Of a stretch of 64,000 bases of DNA, positions 1 through 9,429 are shown one piece after another. Below the pieces are notes generated by a model. The model was given only the letters and a program-made list of their open reading frames with translations, searched no databases and was not told the DNA's origin. Positions within the stretch are counted from its first letter, which is position 1. Each line of letters starts with the position of its first letter. The DNA is from Candidatus Babeliales bacterium (lineage in GTDB: Bacteria; Babelota; Babeliae; Babelales; CAIQNR01): NCBI GenBank assembly GCA_031972475.1, contig DALYEP010000001.1, positions 670,567 through 734,566 of the forward strand, read 5' to 3'. The position numbers and the translations under genes were made by a program.

Positions 1-624
1 AATTTCTTGTGAGTTTATTTCTGCATGAGGATATGACTGAACCAATGGCTCTTTGTGATGATTGCTTTCATTATTATCATTTGATTGCTTTTGATTTCGT
101 CGTCCATGATTTCTGCGATCAGATGTTTTTTCGTATCTGTTTTCATTTCTTTTGTTAGTTTCTCTGTTTTTTTCTCTAACATAGCGACCACTGTCATTTT
201 TATTGTCATGACGATTTTCTGGATTACTTTCTGCTCGAGTTTCGATTATTTCTGAGCGTTCTTCTGTTGGACGATTCATCTTTTGATTTTGACGATGAGG
301 GGTGCGATTTTCTTGAGATGTATTTTTTGTTGATCGCTCAGAGTTTTCTGCGCTACGTTCTAATCTATTGGTATAAGAATTAGAATGATTTTTTTGAGGT
401 CGATTATTTGTGTGATTTTGAGCATAAGGACGACGGTCATTTGTTCGTGTAAATTCTTCTTCAAAGAAAATACCAACCTTTGCAGGTTTTTTTGTGAACC
501 CTAAGAAGTTTTTTTCACCTGTTTCATAAATTTTAACAGAGAATGATTGTGGTTTTCCAGCTCGTTCCCATGCTTTTTCTATTGCTTTAGCGATAGATGA
601 TGCTTCTTCAACCAATGATTTCAT
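1..624 (-). CDS. Partial CDS (5' part, continues past the left edge): Jag/KhpB-like N-terminal domain followed by a long N/R/E/S/H-rich low-complexity linker
   Basis: My own minus-strand translation from ATG 624-622 gives MKSLVEEASSIAKAIEKAWERAGKPQSFSVKIYETGEKNFLGFTKKPAKVGIFFEEE, which fits the Jag_N pattern. I checked all 208 codons down to position 1 and found no stop. It is absent from the ORF track because it has no stop inside the window. Confidence 0.55.
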   Translation of the reverse strand, partial: MKSLVEEASSIAKAIEKAWERAGKPQSFSVKIYETGEKNFLGFTKKPAKVGIFFEEEFTRTNDRRPYAQNHTNNRPQKNHSNSYTNRLERSAENSERSTKNTSQENRTPHRQNQKMNRPTEERSEIIETRAESNPENRHDNKNDSGRYVREKNRETNKRNENRYEKTSDRRNHGRRNQKQSNDNNESNHHKEPLVQSYPHAEINSQEI

Positions 625-853
625 TTTTCAATTAGCCTTTCGTTTCTCTCAAATTTAACGTATTTTGAGTCATTCATCGTGTTAGTAGTATAACAAAATG
701 GTAGATATATAGTAAATAAAGTATGGATTAGATGATTTTTAAGCTTATCTTAAAACTTTCTTTGTGTTGTTTCGAAAAGGGTATTCCATTTGGAAGCCCT
801 GTTTCTTTCTGTCAAGATTGTACAGAAAGAAAACCAAATTGCTTTAAGCAATC

Positions 854-929
854 TGGAGCGGAAGACGGGATTCGAACCCGCGACCTTTGCCATGGCAAGG
901 CAACGCTCTACCAGCTGAGCTACTTCCGC
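854..929 (-). tRNA. tRNA-Gly (anticodon GCC), CCA encoded
   Basis: The reverse complement GCGGAAGTAGCTCAGCTGGTAGAGCGTTGCCTTGCCATGGCAAAGGTCGCGGGTTCGAATCCCGTCTTCCGCTCCA folds as a cloverleaf. It has a 7-bp acceptor stem, anticodon stem TTGCC/GGCAA, loop TTGCCAT (anticodon GCC) and a TTCGAAT T-loop. Confidence 0.93.
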
Positions 930-946
930 ATGCAAATATGTGCTTA

Positions 947-974
947 AAACTATCATATGGCACGTATTTGTCAA
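947..974 (-). promoter_or_regulatory. Candidate sigma70-type promoter for tRNA-Gly
   Basis: On the minus strand there is a perfect TTGACA (974-969), a 16-nt spacer, then TAGTTT (952-947). This lies about 20 nt upstream of the mature tRNA 5' end. The -10 element is weak. Confidence 0.3.
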
Positions 975-1043
975 CGTTTTGAAATAGTTGTGTATAGTAA
1001 AAGCTAGAAATCATAAAAAATATAAAAAAGTTTAGGAGTTTAT

Positions 1044-1646
1044 ATGTTTTCATATGTAACGGGAAAAATTGCTTTTATAACTGAAGGTGCTATTACAATT
1101 GATATTTTTGGTCTTGGAATGCAATTTTCAGTGCCAAATGAATCTATTTTTAAGGTTAAAGAACCTGTTCAGCTTTATGCTTATATGCATTGGAATTCTG
1201 AAAGTGGACCCTCTTTGTTTGGATTTTCATCGGAATTGGAAAAGAAGATATTTTTATTACTTATAAGCTGTTCTGGGATTGGTCCTAAGATGGCTTTAGC
1301 TGTTCTTGCTCATCTGCCTCCGGCTTTGCTTATTAAAGTAATACAGGAAAATGATGAAAAAGCATTAAGTGGAGTTAGTGGTATTGGCGCTAAAAAGGCA
1401 GAGCAAATTATTGTACAATTGCGTCATAAACTTCCTAAACTTCTTGAATCAGGGATTGTTGTTGATGATTCTCAATTAGCAAGTATTCATGAGTGGAAAA
1501 ACATTACTCAGGTTCTTGAGTCCTTACATTATTCGAAAACTGAAATCGATATGGCGCTTGGTCATCTGAAAAAACAAAGCTCTAAAGGTGATAATTTTGA
1601 CCTACTTGTTAGAAAGGCATTATCATTTTTAGCAAAGCGTGTATAA
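1044..1646 (+). CDS. ruvA: Holliday junction branch migration complex subunit RuvA
   Basis: 200 aa with an N-terminal OB-like region and two helix-hairpin-helix motifs (SCSGIGPKMALAVL, VSGIGAKKAEQII). AGGAG lies 7 nt upstream of the ATG. Confidence 0.9.
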   Translation: MFSYVTGKIAFITEGAITIDIFGLGMQFSVPNESIFKVKEPVQLYAYMHWNSESGPSLFGFSSELEKKIFLLLISCSGIGPKMALAVLAHLPPALLIKVIQENDEKALSGVSGIGAKKAEQIIVQLRHKLPKLLESGIVVDDSQLASIHEWKNITQVLESLHYSKTEIDMALGHLKKQSSKGDNFDLLVRKALSFLAKRV

Positions 1647-1694
1647 CTAAAATGAAATTTTAATATGTTTGATATATAAAAAGGGCTAAAAGTA

Positions 1695-3008
1695 ATGTTT
1701 TCTGATCTTCTTTATAATCTTTGTTCTAATATCGATGAATTTTTTATACTTCCATCTCTGTTTATGTTTTTAAGTATTGGGATTTTTCTCACCTTAAAAA
1801 CAAAATTTATTCAATTGAGAGCTTTTTCTCATTTTTTACATTTACTTTCAAAAGGAGTTAAGCATAAACATTCTAATAATGAAAAATCTATTAATCCTTT
1901 TCATGCGCTTTTAACTTCGATGGCAACAACAATAGGAATGGGTAATATTGTAGGCCCAACAATTGCGATAAGCACAGGTGGCCCAGGAGCGCTTTTTTGG
2001 TTATTAAGCTATTCTTTTTTTGGTGCAGTTATAAAATATACAGAAGTTTCCTTTGCTATAAAATTTAGAACTCGTCTTGCATCGGGCGTTTTAATTGGAG
2101 GTCCAACACAGTATCTTAGACAAGTGAGTAATTTTTTAGCATCGTGGTATGGATTTATAACAGTATTTTTATTTGCTGGATGGTCAGGGTTGCAAGCAAA
2201 CACGCTGGCAACTATATTCGCTCTTGAATCGGTCCCAAAAAGTATCACAGGTCTTGTTTTAGCAACAATTGTATTTTTAGTTGTTAGAGGGGGCATAGTT
2301 CGTATTGGTGAAATTGCAAGTAAACTAGTTCCTTTGATGTTTGTTATGTATGTTACATTCACTCTTAGTATTATACTGACAAACATTTCTTCTTTATGGG
2401 ATTCTCTTTGTTTAGTTTTTTCATCTGCGTTTTCTCCAAGCGCTGCGGTTGGAGGATTTGCTGGAGCATCTGTTATTTCTGCAATGCGTCAAGGAATTAA
2501 TAGAAATATTTATATCACAGAAGCTGGGCTTGGCACTTCAAGCATTGCGCATTCAATGGCTGATGCAGAGCATGGATCGGATCAAGCAATTTTAGCTATG
2601 TATTCTATTATAGCCGATACATTTTTAATGGCACTTTCTGGGCTTTTAATTTTAGTTACTGGAGTGTGGAGTCGCGGTGCATTTAGCAATACGCTTGTTT
2701 ATGAAATTTTTAAAACATACTCGCCAGGAATTGGAAAATGGGTTTTGCTTTTAAGTGTTATGTTGTTTGTTCTTACTACGGTAATAGGCAATAGTTTTAA
2801 TGCGAGTCAAAGCTTTGCGTCTTTAACGCGGTATCGTTTTATGAATTGGTACTATTTATTTTTAGCAACAGTTGTTGTTTTTGGAGCACATGCACAAGTA
2901 CCACTTGTTTGGAAAATTATGGATGTTATGCAAATTATGGTTGCAATTCCTCATATTATCGGTCTTTTTATTTTAAGTATTAAACGAAATGATGTTTTAA
3001 AATTGTAA
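1695..3008 (+). CDS. Alanine/glycine:cation symporter (AGCS family)
   Basis: 437-aa polytopic membrane protein with the AGCS signature INPFHALLTSMATTIGMGNIVGPTIAISTGGPGALFW. Confidence 0.85.
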   Translation: MFSDLLYNLCSNIDEFFILPSLFMFLSIGIFLTLKTKFIQLRAFSHFLHLLSKGVKHKHSNNEKSINPFHALLTSMATTIGMGNIVGPTIAISTGGPGALFWLLSYSFFGAVIKYTEVSFAIKFRTRLASGVLIGGPTQYLRQVSNFLASWYGFITVFLFAGWSGLQANTLATIFALESVPKSITGLVLATIVFLVVRGGIVRIGEIASKLVPLMFVMYVTFTLSIILTNISSLWDSLCLVFSSAFSPSAAVGGFAGASVISAMRQGINRNIYITEAGLGTSSIAHSMADAEHGSDQAILAMYSIIADTFLMALSGLLILVTGVWSRGAFSNTLVYEIFKTYSPGIGKWVLLLSVMLFVLTTVIGNSFNASQSFASLTRYRFMNWYYLFLATVVVFGAHAQVPLVWKIMDVMQIMVAIPHIIGLFILSIKRNDVLKL

Positions 3009-3374
3009 TTATTGTTCTTGAATAATAATTACAGTAGGTCTACTTGTTTCATGATTTGAATTTTTCTCTCCCTCAAGTGTTGTTTTTAAAAACATTCGAT
3101 CCAGGGTGTTTTGACTAGCGCGCCCTGAGGCGAGCGCTTCTTTTCGGGCATTTTCTTTACTAGTTTCATCTTGCTCTAATGCTTCATTTAACTTTCCTAC
3201 AGCTTCTAAAATTTTCTGAGTATGATCATCAAATTTTTTTATTAATGAATGATTTGCGCTTTTTATATTAATGGTAATGCTCAAAGGTATGATAAATTTT
3301 ATATATATCATCCGAGACGAAATCTTTTTTATGGTTTTTTTTAAAAAAATTATAAAAAATTTTTTAATATTCAT
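3009..3374 (-). CDS. Hypothetical small protein with a hydrophobic N-terminus
   Basis: 121-aa ORF lying tail-to-tail with the symporter. It has a basic/hydrophobic N-terminus and a charged C-terminal half. I recognise no family. Confidence 0.4.
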   Translation of the reverse strand: MNIKKFFIIFLKKTIKKISSRMIYIKFIIPLSITINIKSANHSLIKKFDDHTQKILEAVGKLNEALEQDETSKENARKEALASGRASQNTLDRMFLKTTLEGEKNSNHETSRPTVIIIQEQ

Positions 3375-3453
3375 CTTTAATTACCTTTTTTAATATATCG
3401 ATAATAAAGTTGATTATCTTATAAAAGATCAAAAAAAGTATAGAGATTAAAAG

Positions 3454-5655
3454 TTATATATTTTCAAATTCTTGCAATTGATTTTTTGTGATATAAGAAT
3501 TTTTTCTATGTTTCTCAATTCCAAGATTTACGATTTTATCAATTAGTTCCATTGGTTTGATTCCGACCTCCGCTGCTTGATGAAATAAACATGTTGCGGG
3601 AGTGAGTGCTGGAAGTGAATTAATTTCTAAAATAACAATACGATCATTTTTTGTAGGGCTTTCTTCTGCTTTTTGATAAAAACAGTCGATACGTGCATAC
3701 CCAGAACATCCAACGGCAATATAAACTTGTTCAATTATTTTTTTAATAAATATTAAGACATCGTTTGAAAGTGGCGCCGGCGTTTGATTTTCTCCAGCCC
3801 CTGGTAAAAATTTTTCTTCAATGCTTAATATACCATTACTTGCAACAGCTTGACTTGGAGGAAGAGCTTGTACTTTGTTTTCATTTCCTATTACCCCTAC
3901 CGTAAGCTCCATTCCTATAATGCATTCTTCTATAAGCGCATAGTCTTTATTATTAGAAAATATTAATTCAATCGCATCTGAAAGTTCACTTTCATCTTTA
4001 GCTTTTGAAACCATGACGCTACATCCATCATCATGAGGTTTTATAATAATAGGAAAAGAAATTAAATTTTGAATTTCTTTTAATTTTTGATTTTTATTAA
4101 TGTTCCATTCATTTTTTTTAAGCAAGATTCCTTTTGGAACATCAAATCCTTCTGTTTTTAAAAAAGTATTTGTTTCATATTTATTCATAGCAAGGGCGCT
4201 TGCAAGGACGGAAGATCCATTATAAGGCATTTTAAGCATTTCTAGCATGCCTTGAACAGCTCCATTTTCACCAAAGCCTCCATGGAGCGCAATAAAAATA
4301 AAATCAAACTTTTCTGGTAATGAAGACCAGGTTATTTTTTTTGATCTATCAAGATCATATTCAATTTCTGATGTAGTGTTATGAACAAGTAGTTTTTGAT
4401 CAAGTGGATAGATGTCCATTTTAGAGTCAAGAAATAAAGGAGTTACTTCATACTTTTCTGGAGAGAGTTTGTAACAAACATTTCTTCCTGAGTTTAGCGA
4501 TGTTTCTTTTTCATTAGAATTTCCTCCTAGAAGGACTCCAATTCGTATTTTTTTATTAAGAGAGATGTTCATATTTTCTTTAGTATTTTTAGAACTAGTA
4601 ACGTTATAATTTTTAAATTCACTCTCAATTAAATAGTTGATAATTTCTGTGTGGCTCATATTTAATTGCGCAGCTTGGTTAAAAAAGAAGCTTGAAGGAG
4701 CCATTCCGCAAAGAGTATTAGGATCAATAATAACTATTGATCCATCTTTTTTTAAAAAACCATCAATACGAGATATTGTTGAAAAGTGAAGTGCATTCAT
4801 AACCGCAAGGCAGGTTTCTTGAATTTTTAAAGAATCTTTTTCTGAGCAGCGTGCAGGGGTGAATTTTTGCGCATATCCAGGCATGTATTTATGTTCAAAA
4901 TCAAGAATATGCGAGCCTTGATTAAGTGTTAATTCTGTTGGTGGTAACGCAAGGATATTTCCTGTTTTAGGGTTTATGAGAGTTACACAAGTAAATTCCA
5001 TCCCTTCTATTTTTTCTTCTATTAAAACTGGTTGTTCGCTGTGAGGATCTATTTTCATTGCATATTCTATGCCAGAAATAAGTTGCTCTTTGTTTAGTGC
5101 TATACGAACGCCTAGGCTTGAACCTTCTTGTGCTGGCTTTATTACAAGAGGGTAATCGAGGTTGTTTTCTTCTAATAGTTTTAAGATGATTGATTCTGAA
5201 AGTTGCTCTGAAGTTATAGTTACTGATTTGGGGGTTGTAATGTTATGGGATTGAAGTATTTTTTTTTGAATTGATTTATTCATTCCTAAAGCGCTTCCAA
5301 GAATTTTTGAACCTAGATAAGGAATGTTTAAAACCTCAAGAGTTCCTTGTAGGCATCCATCTTCTGCATAACGTCCATGTTGGGCAATGTATATAAAATC
5401 AACATATTTTTTAAGATCGTCCCAAGTTATTAATGTTGCTTCTTTATGCAGTCTATGTTCAAAGTCTTTTATCTTTCCTCGATATAAAAAACTCCATGGT
5501 AATAAATAAAGCTTGTTGTTTTGAGATTGAAAAAGTGGAATTGCATTATAGCGATTTGTATCAAGATGATCACAAATAGTTCGACCAGAACTTAACGAAA
5601 CTTCTTTTTCAATTGACATTCCACCCATCAAAACGCCGATTTTTGCTATATGCAT
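3454..5655 (-). CDS. ddl: Tandem D-alanine--D-alanine ligase fusion (two complete Ddl/ATP-grasp modules in one polypeptide)
   Basis: 733 aa. Module 1 (aa 1-345) starts KIGVLMGGMSIEKEVSLSSG. Module 2 (aa 369-733) starts KIRIGVLLGGNSNEKETSLNSG. Each has the HG..GEDG-type motif (AQHGRYAEDG / ALHGGFGENG), an ATP-grasp core and an RID...N C-terminal motif. Confidence 0.85.
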   Translation of the reverse strand: MHIAKIGVLMGGMSIEKEVSLSSGRTICDHLDTNRYNAIPLFQSQNNKLYLLPWSFLYRGKIKDFEHRLHKEATLITWDDLKKYVDFIYIAQHGRYAEDGCLQGTLEVLNIPYLGSKILGSALGMNKSIQKKILQSHNITTPKSVTITSEQLSESIILKLLEENNLDYPLVIKPAQEGSSLGVRIALNKEQLISGIEYAMKIDPHSEQPVLIEEKIEGMEFTCVTLINPKTGNILALPPTELTLNQGSHILDFEHKYMPGYAQKFTPARCSEKDSLKIQETCLAVMNALHFSTISRIDGFLKKDGSIVIIDPNTLCGMAPSSFFFNQAAQLNMSHTEIINYLIESEFKNYNVTSSKNTKENMNISLNKKIRIGVLLGGNSNEKETSLNSGRNVCYKLSPEKYEVTPLFLDSKMDIYPLDQKLLVHNTTSEIEYDLDRSKKITWSSLPEKFDFIFIALHGGFGENGAVQGMLEMLKMPYNGSSVLASALAMNKYETNTFLKTEGFDVPKGILLKKNEWNINKNQKLKEIQNLISFPIIIKPHDDGCSVMVSKAKDESELSDAIELIFSNNKDYALIEECIIGMELTVGVIGNENKVQALPPSQAVASNGILSIEEKFLPGAGENQTPAPLSNDVLIFIKKIIEQVYIAVGCSGYARIDCFYQKAEESPTKNDRIVILEINSLPALTPATCLFHQAAEVGIKPMELIDKIVNLGIEKHRKNSYITKNQLQEFENI

Positions 5656-5840
5656 ATAATGACAACCCCGTAAAATATAAATTATAGAAGTTATAGTATA
5701 GCTAAAAAATCAATAGATTTTAAAATTTATCTTATTATCAAAAGCGAAATTAAGGGGAATTTATAAAAAAACTTTACAATTGGTGATTTTATAAATTCTA
5801 ATTTTATTAGAAATCGTATTTCAAAAGGGCCTTGTTTTTT

Positions 5841-6200
5841 ATGAATAAAAAATGGATAGGTTTTTTTATTTTTTTAAAAATTTTTTCAAATTCTTATGAA
5901 GACAGAGTAGCTCGCTTATGTCAAAAAAATGAAGAAGTAAAAAAAAATTTCTTTAAGGTTTTTAATCAATATTCATTAAATCTTAAAAACCATACCAACG
6001 GTTTCACGCTTGAAGATTCTTCTGATAAAACATTTCAACTTAAGGAAAGACCTTCTTTTAGGCATAAAGATTATTCTATTGCCCAAGATAGTAATTTAAC
6101 TAAATTCTCAAAAATGTTAGCAGTTTCTCGTAAATCATTTTTAACTTTTCTAGGTAAGACTGGCCCATCTTTGTATTTTTTAATTCAAGAAAAGAAATAA
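5841..6200 (+). CDS. Hypothetical exported protein
   Basis: The ORF-track ORF is trimmed to its first ATG (MNKKWIGFFIFLKIFSNSYE...). The N-terminus is signal-peptide-like. No family recognised. Confidence 0.45.
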   Translation: MNKKWIGFFIFLKIFSNSYEDRVARLCQKNEEVKKNFFKVFNQYSLNLKNHTNGFTLEDSSDKTFQLKERPSFRHKDYSIAQDSNLTKFSKMLAVSRKSFLTFLGKTGPSLYFLIQEKK

Positions 6201-6363
6201 GTCCTAAGATTTAGTTTGATTTATTAAATAAATAATAAAGTTTTAAAATCAATTTTTGATACTTTTTCATTTTCTTCAAGCTTAATTTAATTAGATTTGC
6301 ACTATTATTATTATATAATCAATATTTGTAATTATTTTTAATTTTTATAAATAGAGGTTTTAT

Positions 6364-6723
6364 ATGAATAATAAAATGAACAGTCAATTACTTATGCTTT
6401 CTTTAAGTATATTTTTCGTAAAAGAATCTTGTGCGCAAGATCCTTTATTTAAAGGACAAGTCCCTTGTTCTGCGGTCGATAGATCTAGTAGAGATTTTTT
6501 AATCCTTAATTCTAATGCTAATAATCCATTATCAAGGTCTTCGGTTTATGGGTATCTTGCAACTGCTAGAGGGAGTGAGCTTGCGCTGCCTAATGGCATA
6601 GTTTTTAATAACGCTTCTTTGCAAGATCCGCATCGAAAATTTTCTGATCAAAAAGAAAGGCTTCTAGTTGAACTTGCAAGAAGAAAAGCCGCTAAAGCTG
6701 CAGACCAATCTGTCGCTCAATAA
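6364..6723 (+). CDS. Hypothetical exported protein
   Basis: 119 aa with the signal-like N-terminus MNSQLLMLSLSIFFVKESCAQD. No family recognised. Confidence 0.5.
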   Translation: MNNKMNSQLLMLSLSIFFVKESCAQDPLFKGQVPCSAVDRSSRDFLILNSNANNPLSRSSVYGYLATARGSELALPNGIVFNNASLQDPHRKFSDQKERLLVELARRKAAKAADQSVAQ

Positions 6724-6824
6724 TAATTTATTTATTAATTGAAGAGTAAAAGATTTTTTCTATACATATTTTTTAAAAAATATAATTTTTGTTTTATATA
6801 AATAAAATTTTTAAGAAAGAGAAA

Positions 6825-7367
6825 ATGTTAAGAAATGATCTTTTAGTTTGGATTGATCTTGAAATGACGGGCCTTAAGCCACAATCTGATGTTATACTTG
6901 AAATAGCAGTTATTATTACAGACAATAATTTAGATATTATAGCGCAAGGCCCTCATGTTATTATTCATCAATCTGATGATGTAATGAGCAAAATGCAAGA
7001 TTATGTAAAGAATATGCATTCTAAGTCAGGATTATACAATCAAGTGCTTTCTTCAAAAGTTTCTATTTCCGATGCTCAGCAAGAGGTTCTTAATTTTCTG
7101 AAAAAATATTGTACCCCAGGAACGGCTTTATTGTGTGGTAATTCTGTTTGGATGGATAAGGCTTTTTTAGCAGTATATATGCCAGAGCTTTATAATTTTT
7201 TTCATTATAGAATTATTGATGTTAGCACGCTTAAAGAGCTTGTAAAACGTTGGTATCCTGATAGGCAATTGAATAGCGTAAGTAAGAGTGAAAATCATCG
7301 AGCATTAGAAGACATTTTAGAGTCTCTTGAAGAAATGAAGCATTATAAAAAAACTATATTTAAATAA
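6825..7367 (+). CDS. orn: Oligoribonuclease (DEDDh 3'-5' exoribonuclease)
   Basis: LVWIDLEMTGL (ExoI), CGNSVWMDKAFL (ExoII) and HRALEDILES (ExoIII with His). The start is set at the internal Met (MLRNDLLVWIDLE), which matches the usual Orn N-terminus. The ORF-track start at 6789 is probably too early. Confidence 0.85.
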   Translation: MLRNDLLVWIDLEMTGLKPQSDVILEIAVIITDNNLDIIAQGPHVIIHQSDDVMSKMQDYVKNMHSKSGLYNQVLSSKVSISDAQQEVLNFLKKYCTPGTALLCGNSVWMDKAFLAVYMPELYNFFHYRIIDVSTLKELVKRWYPDRQLNSVSKSENHRALEDILESLEEMKHYKKTIFK

Positions 7368-7371
7368 TTTC

Positions 7372-9378
7372 TTATGACAATGGTTGTGGTGTGAAATATA
7401 ATTCGCTTTTAATATTTTTGTTTTTAATTGATTTAAAAGCAGCAATTAATTGATCAAATCGATCTGCCTTGATATAAATTTTTCGGCTAAAAACTTGTTT
7501 TATTTTTGATACCGGTGGCTGTGCGGGGCCAAGTACACGTAAAGATTCTTCTTTAAGAAGAAGTGATGCAATTAAAAAAGACTCTTGTTCGACAACTTCT
7601 TCTTTTTTATGTTTTAATTCTATCTCTGCAAATCGAATGATCGGAGGGTATCCTATTAATTTTCGATTAATTATTTCATGATTATAAAAGTTTAGATAAT
7701 CAATTTCATTGATGTAAGAAAAAATTGGATTATCTACCATGCTTTGTATGATAACGCGACCATTGTTTGTTGACCTACCCGCTCTTCCAGCTACTTGAAT
7801 TAATTGTTGTAGAACAACTTCTTTTGCATTGTAAATGGGGAAATTTAAATTTACATCTGCCCAAATAACACCAACAAGAGTAACTTTTGGAAAATGAAAA
7901 CCCTTTGTTATTGTTTGGGTTCCTACTAAAATATCAACAGTTCCTGTTTCAAAATCATGAATTGTTTTTTGCCATATCTTTTTATTTGTTGTTGTATCCA
8001 TATCTGCTCGCGCAATAGAAGCTGTTGGAAATAGTTTTTGTAAAATTGTGACGATTTGTTGGGTTCCAATTCCTTTTTTTAAAAAATCTTCTTTATTACA
8101 TGTTGGGCATGCAGTAGGAGCTTGTTGCCAGTGGCCACAATAGTGGCATTTAAGGATGTTATTATCGTGTAGTGTTAAACTTACGGAGCATTTTTTACAT
8201 TCAAATACATATGCACATTCTTTACATTGTAAAAAAAAACAAACACCTCTTCTATTTAAAAAAATAATTGTTTGCTCTTTTTTTAATAGTTGATTTTTAA
8301 TTGCTTGATGCAACTCTGTGCTAATCCAAAAATTTTTACGTTTTTTTTGATTGGTTAAAAGAACAGATTCTATTTTTGGAAATGTGCCGCCAAATCGTGT
8401 TGTAAGTTTAAAAAGCTTCCAGTTTCTATGCTGTACATTATATAAAGAGCTTATGGATGGTGTTGCAGACCCCATTAATATAGGAATGTTATATTCTTGA
8501 GCTCTCATAATTGCTGCTGATTTGGTATTTATTTTAGGATGTTTTTTTTCTTGAAATCCTATTTCATGCTCTTCATCAATTATAATCAATCCTAAATTTT
8601 TTATTGGTAACAAAATTGGTAAATGAACGCCAATTATAAGAAGAGGCGTACCTTCTTGAAGAGATTTCCATAGCATTCGTTTTGTTTGAGCGGGTGATGC
8701 GCTATGAAAAGCTATTAATGGGATATCTGGGATTTGAGATTTAAGTAATTTTTCAAATTGGGTGGCAAGGGTTACTTCTGGAAGAAGAAACAATGACGTT
8801 TTGCCCTCTTTATATGCGTGTTCAATTAATTTTTTATATACTTCTGTTTTTCCAGATCCAGTTACGCCATGCAATAGAATTGGAGAATATGATTTTTCGG
8901 TAATTTTTTTTGTTGTATAATCTACCACTTCTTGCTGTTCTGCTGTCAGTTTAACTATAGAAGAAGTGTAATTTTCTGTTTGTTCTATAACAGATTCATT
9001 TTCTTTTTGTTCAATAAAGCTTCTTATTCGACTAATAAAATAAATAGGGTCTGTTATGTGATAATAAGCAAGAGCAGTAATAAATTTTAAATAGATTGGA
9101 TCTTTAGGGAAATGTTCGATACTAAAAATTTCTTTAACAATAAAAGTGGATTCTTTTTTTTCAGAATAGCATGCAACTACAAGTGCTGAGACTGTTGTAT
9201 TTCTTACCGGGACTTTTACAATATCTCCTACGGCAACTGAATTTAAAAGAGAGGGTACATGATAGGTTAGTGGCTTGGAAAAGCCAGACAATAATTTTAC
9301 ATCTACAAACATAATTTTATTAGTATAGTCTATTGTATTTTTTATAAAAGAATTGTTTAAAAATATTGACCTAATCAT
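7372..9378 (-). CDS. priA: Primosomal protein N' (replication restart helicase PriA)
   Basis: Walker A GVTGSGKT, a DEEH box and the PriA Cys-rich zinc insert CKECAYVFECKKCSVSLTLH...CHYCGH...CPTC. An alternative start at 9312 (MFVDVKLLSGFSKPLTYHVP) fits canonical PriA N-termini better. Confidence 0.9.
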   Translation of the reverse strand: MIRSIFLNNSFIKNTIDYTNKIMFVDVKLLSGFSKPLTYHVPSLLNSVAVGDIVKVPVRNTTVSALVVACYSEKKESTFIVKEIFSIEHFPKDPIYLKFITALAYYHITDPIYFISRIRSFIEQKENESVIEQTENYTSSIVKLTAEQQEVVDYTTKKITEKSYSPILLHGVTGSGKTEVYKKLIEHAYKEGKTSLFLLPEVTLATQFEKLLKSQIPDIPLIAFHSASPAQTKRMLWKSLQEGTPLLIIGVHLPILLPIKNLGLIIIDEEHEIGFQEKKHPKINTKSAAIMRAQEYNIPILMGSATPSISSLYNVQHRNWKLFKLTTRFGGTFPKIESVLLTNQKKRKNFWISTELHQAIKNQLLKKEQTIIFLNRRGVCFFLQCKECAYVFECKKCSVSLTLHDNNILKCHYCGHWQQAPTACPTCNKEDFLKKGIGTQQIVTILQKLFPTASIARADMDTTTNKKIWQKTIHDFETGTVDILVGTQTITKGFHFPKVTLVGVIWADVNLNFPIYNAKEVVLQQLIQVAGRAGRSTNNGRVIIQSMVDNPIFSYINEIDYLNFYNHEIINRKLIGYPPIIRFAEIELKHKKEEVVEQESFLIASLLLKEESLRVLGPAQPPVSKIKQVFSRKIYIKADRFDQLIAAFKSIKNKNIKSELYFTPQPLS

Positions 9379-9429
9379 TATTTTTTACGTAAAAACAATA
9401 ATTATTATTTTTTTATAAAAGGAGTTCTT

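Noticed and set aside
732-1053. Three ORF-track ORFs (732-947 +, 750-974 -, 844-1053 -) around the tRNA-Gly locus
   Set aside because: All three overlap the tRNA gene or its promoter region and translate the GC-richer tRNA sequence (for example GIRTRDLCHGKATLYQLSYF). No SD or family signal. They are artefacts of a stop-poor RNA gene.
2009-2386. Antisense or alternative-frame ORFs nested in strong genes (2009-2386, 10662-10856, 12379-12573, 12694-12957, 29459-29647, 30059-30307, 31788-32022, 33332-33583, 36692-36925, 38206-38397, 40938-42984 set, 44058-44294, 45454-47194 set, 47949-48158, 51330-51533, 53209-53451, 54080-54666, 56745-56927, 57918-58496, 59033-59521, 62130-62339, 62608-62814)
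   Set aside because: Each lies entirely inside a confidently identified CDS on another frame or strand. Their compositions are implausible (I/F/K/L/N-rich), and they have no independent start context or motifs.
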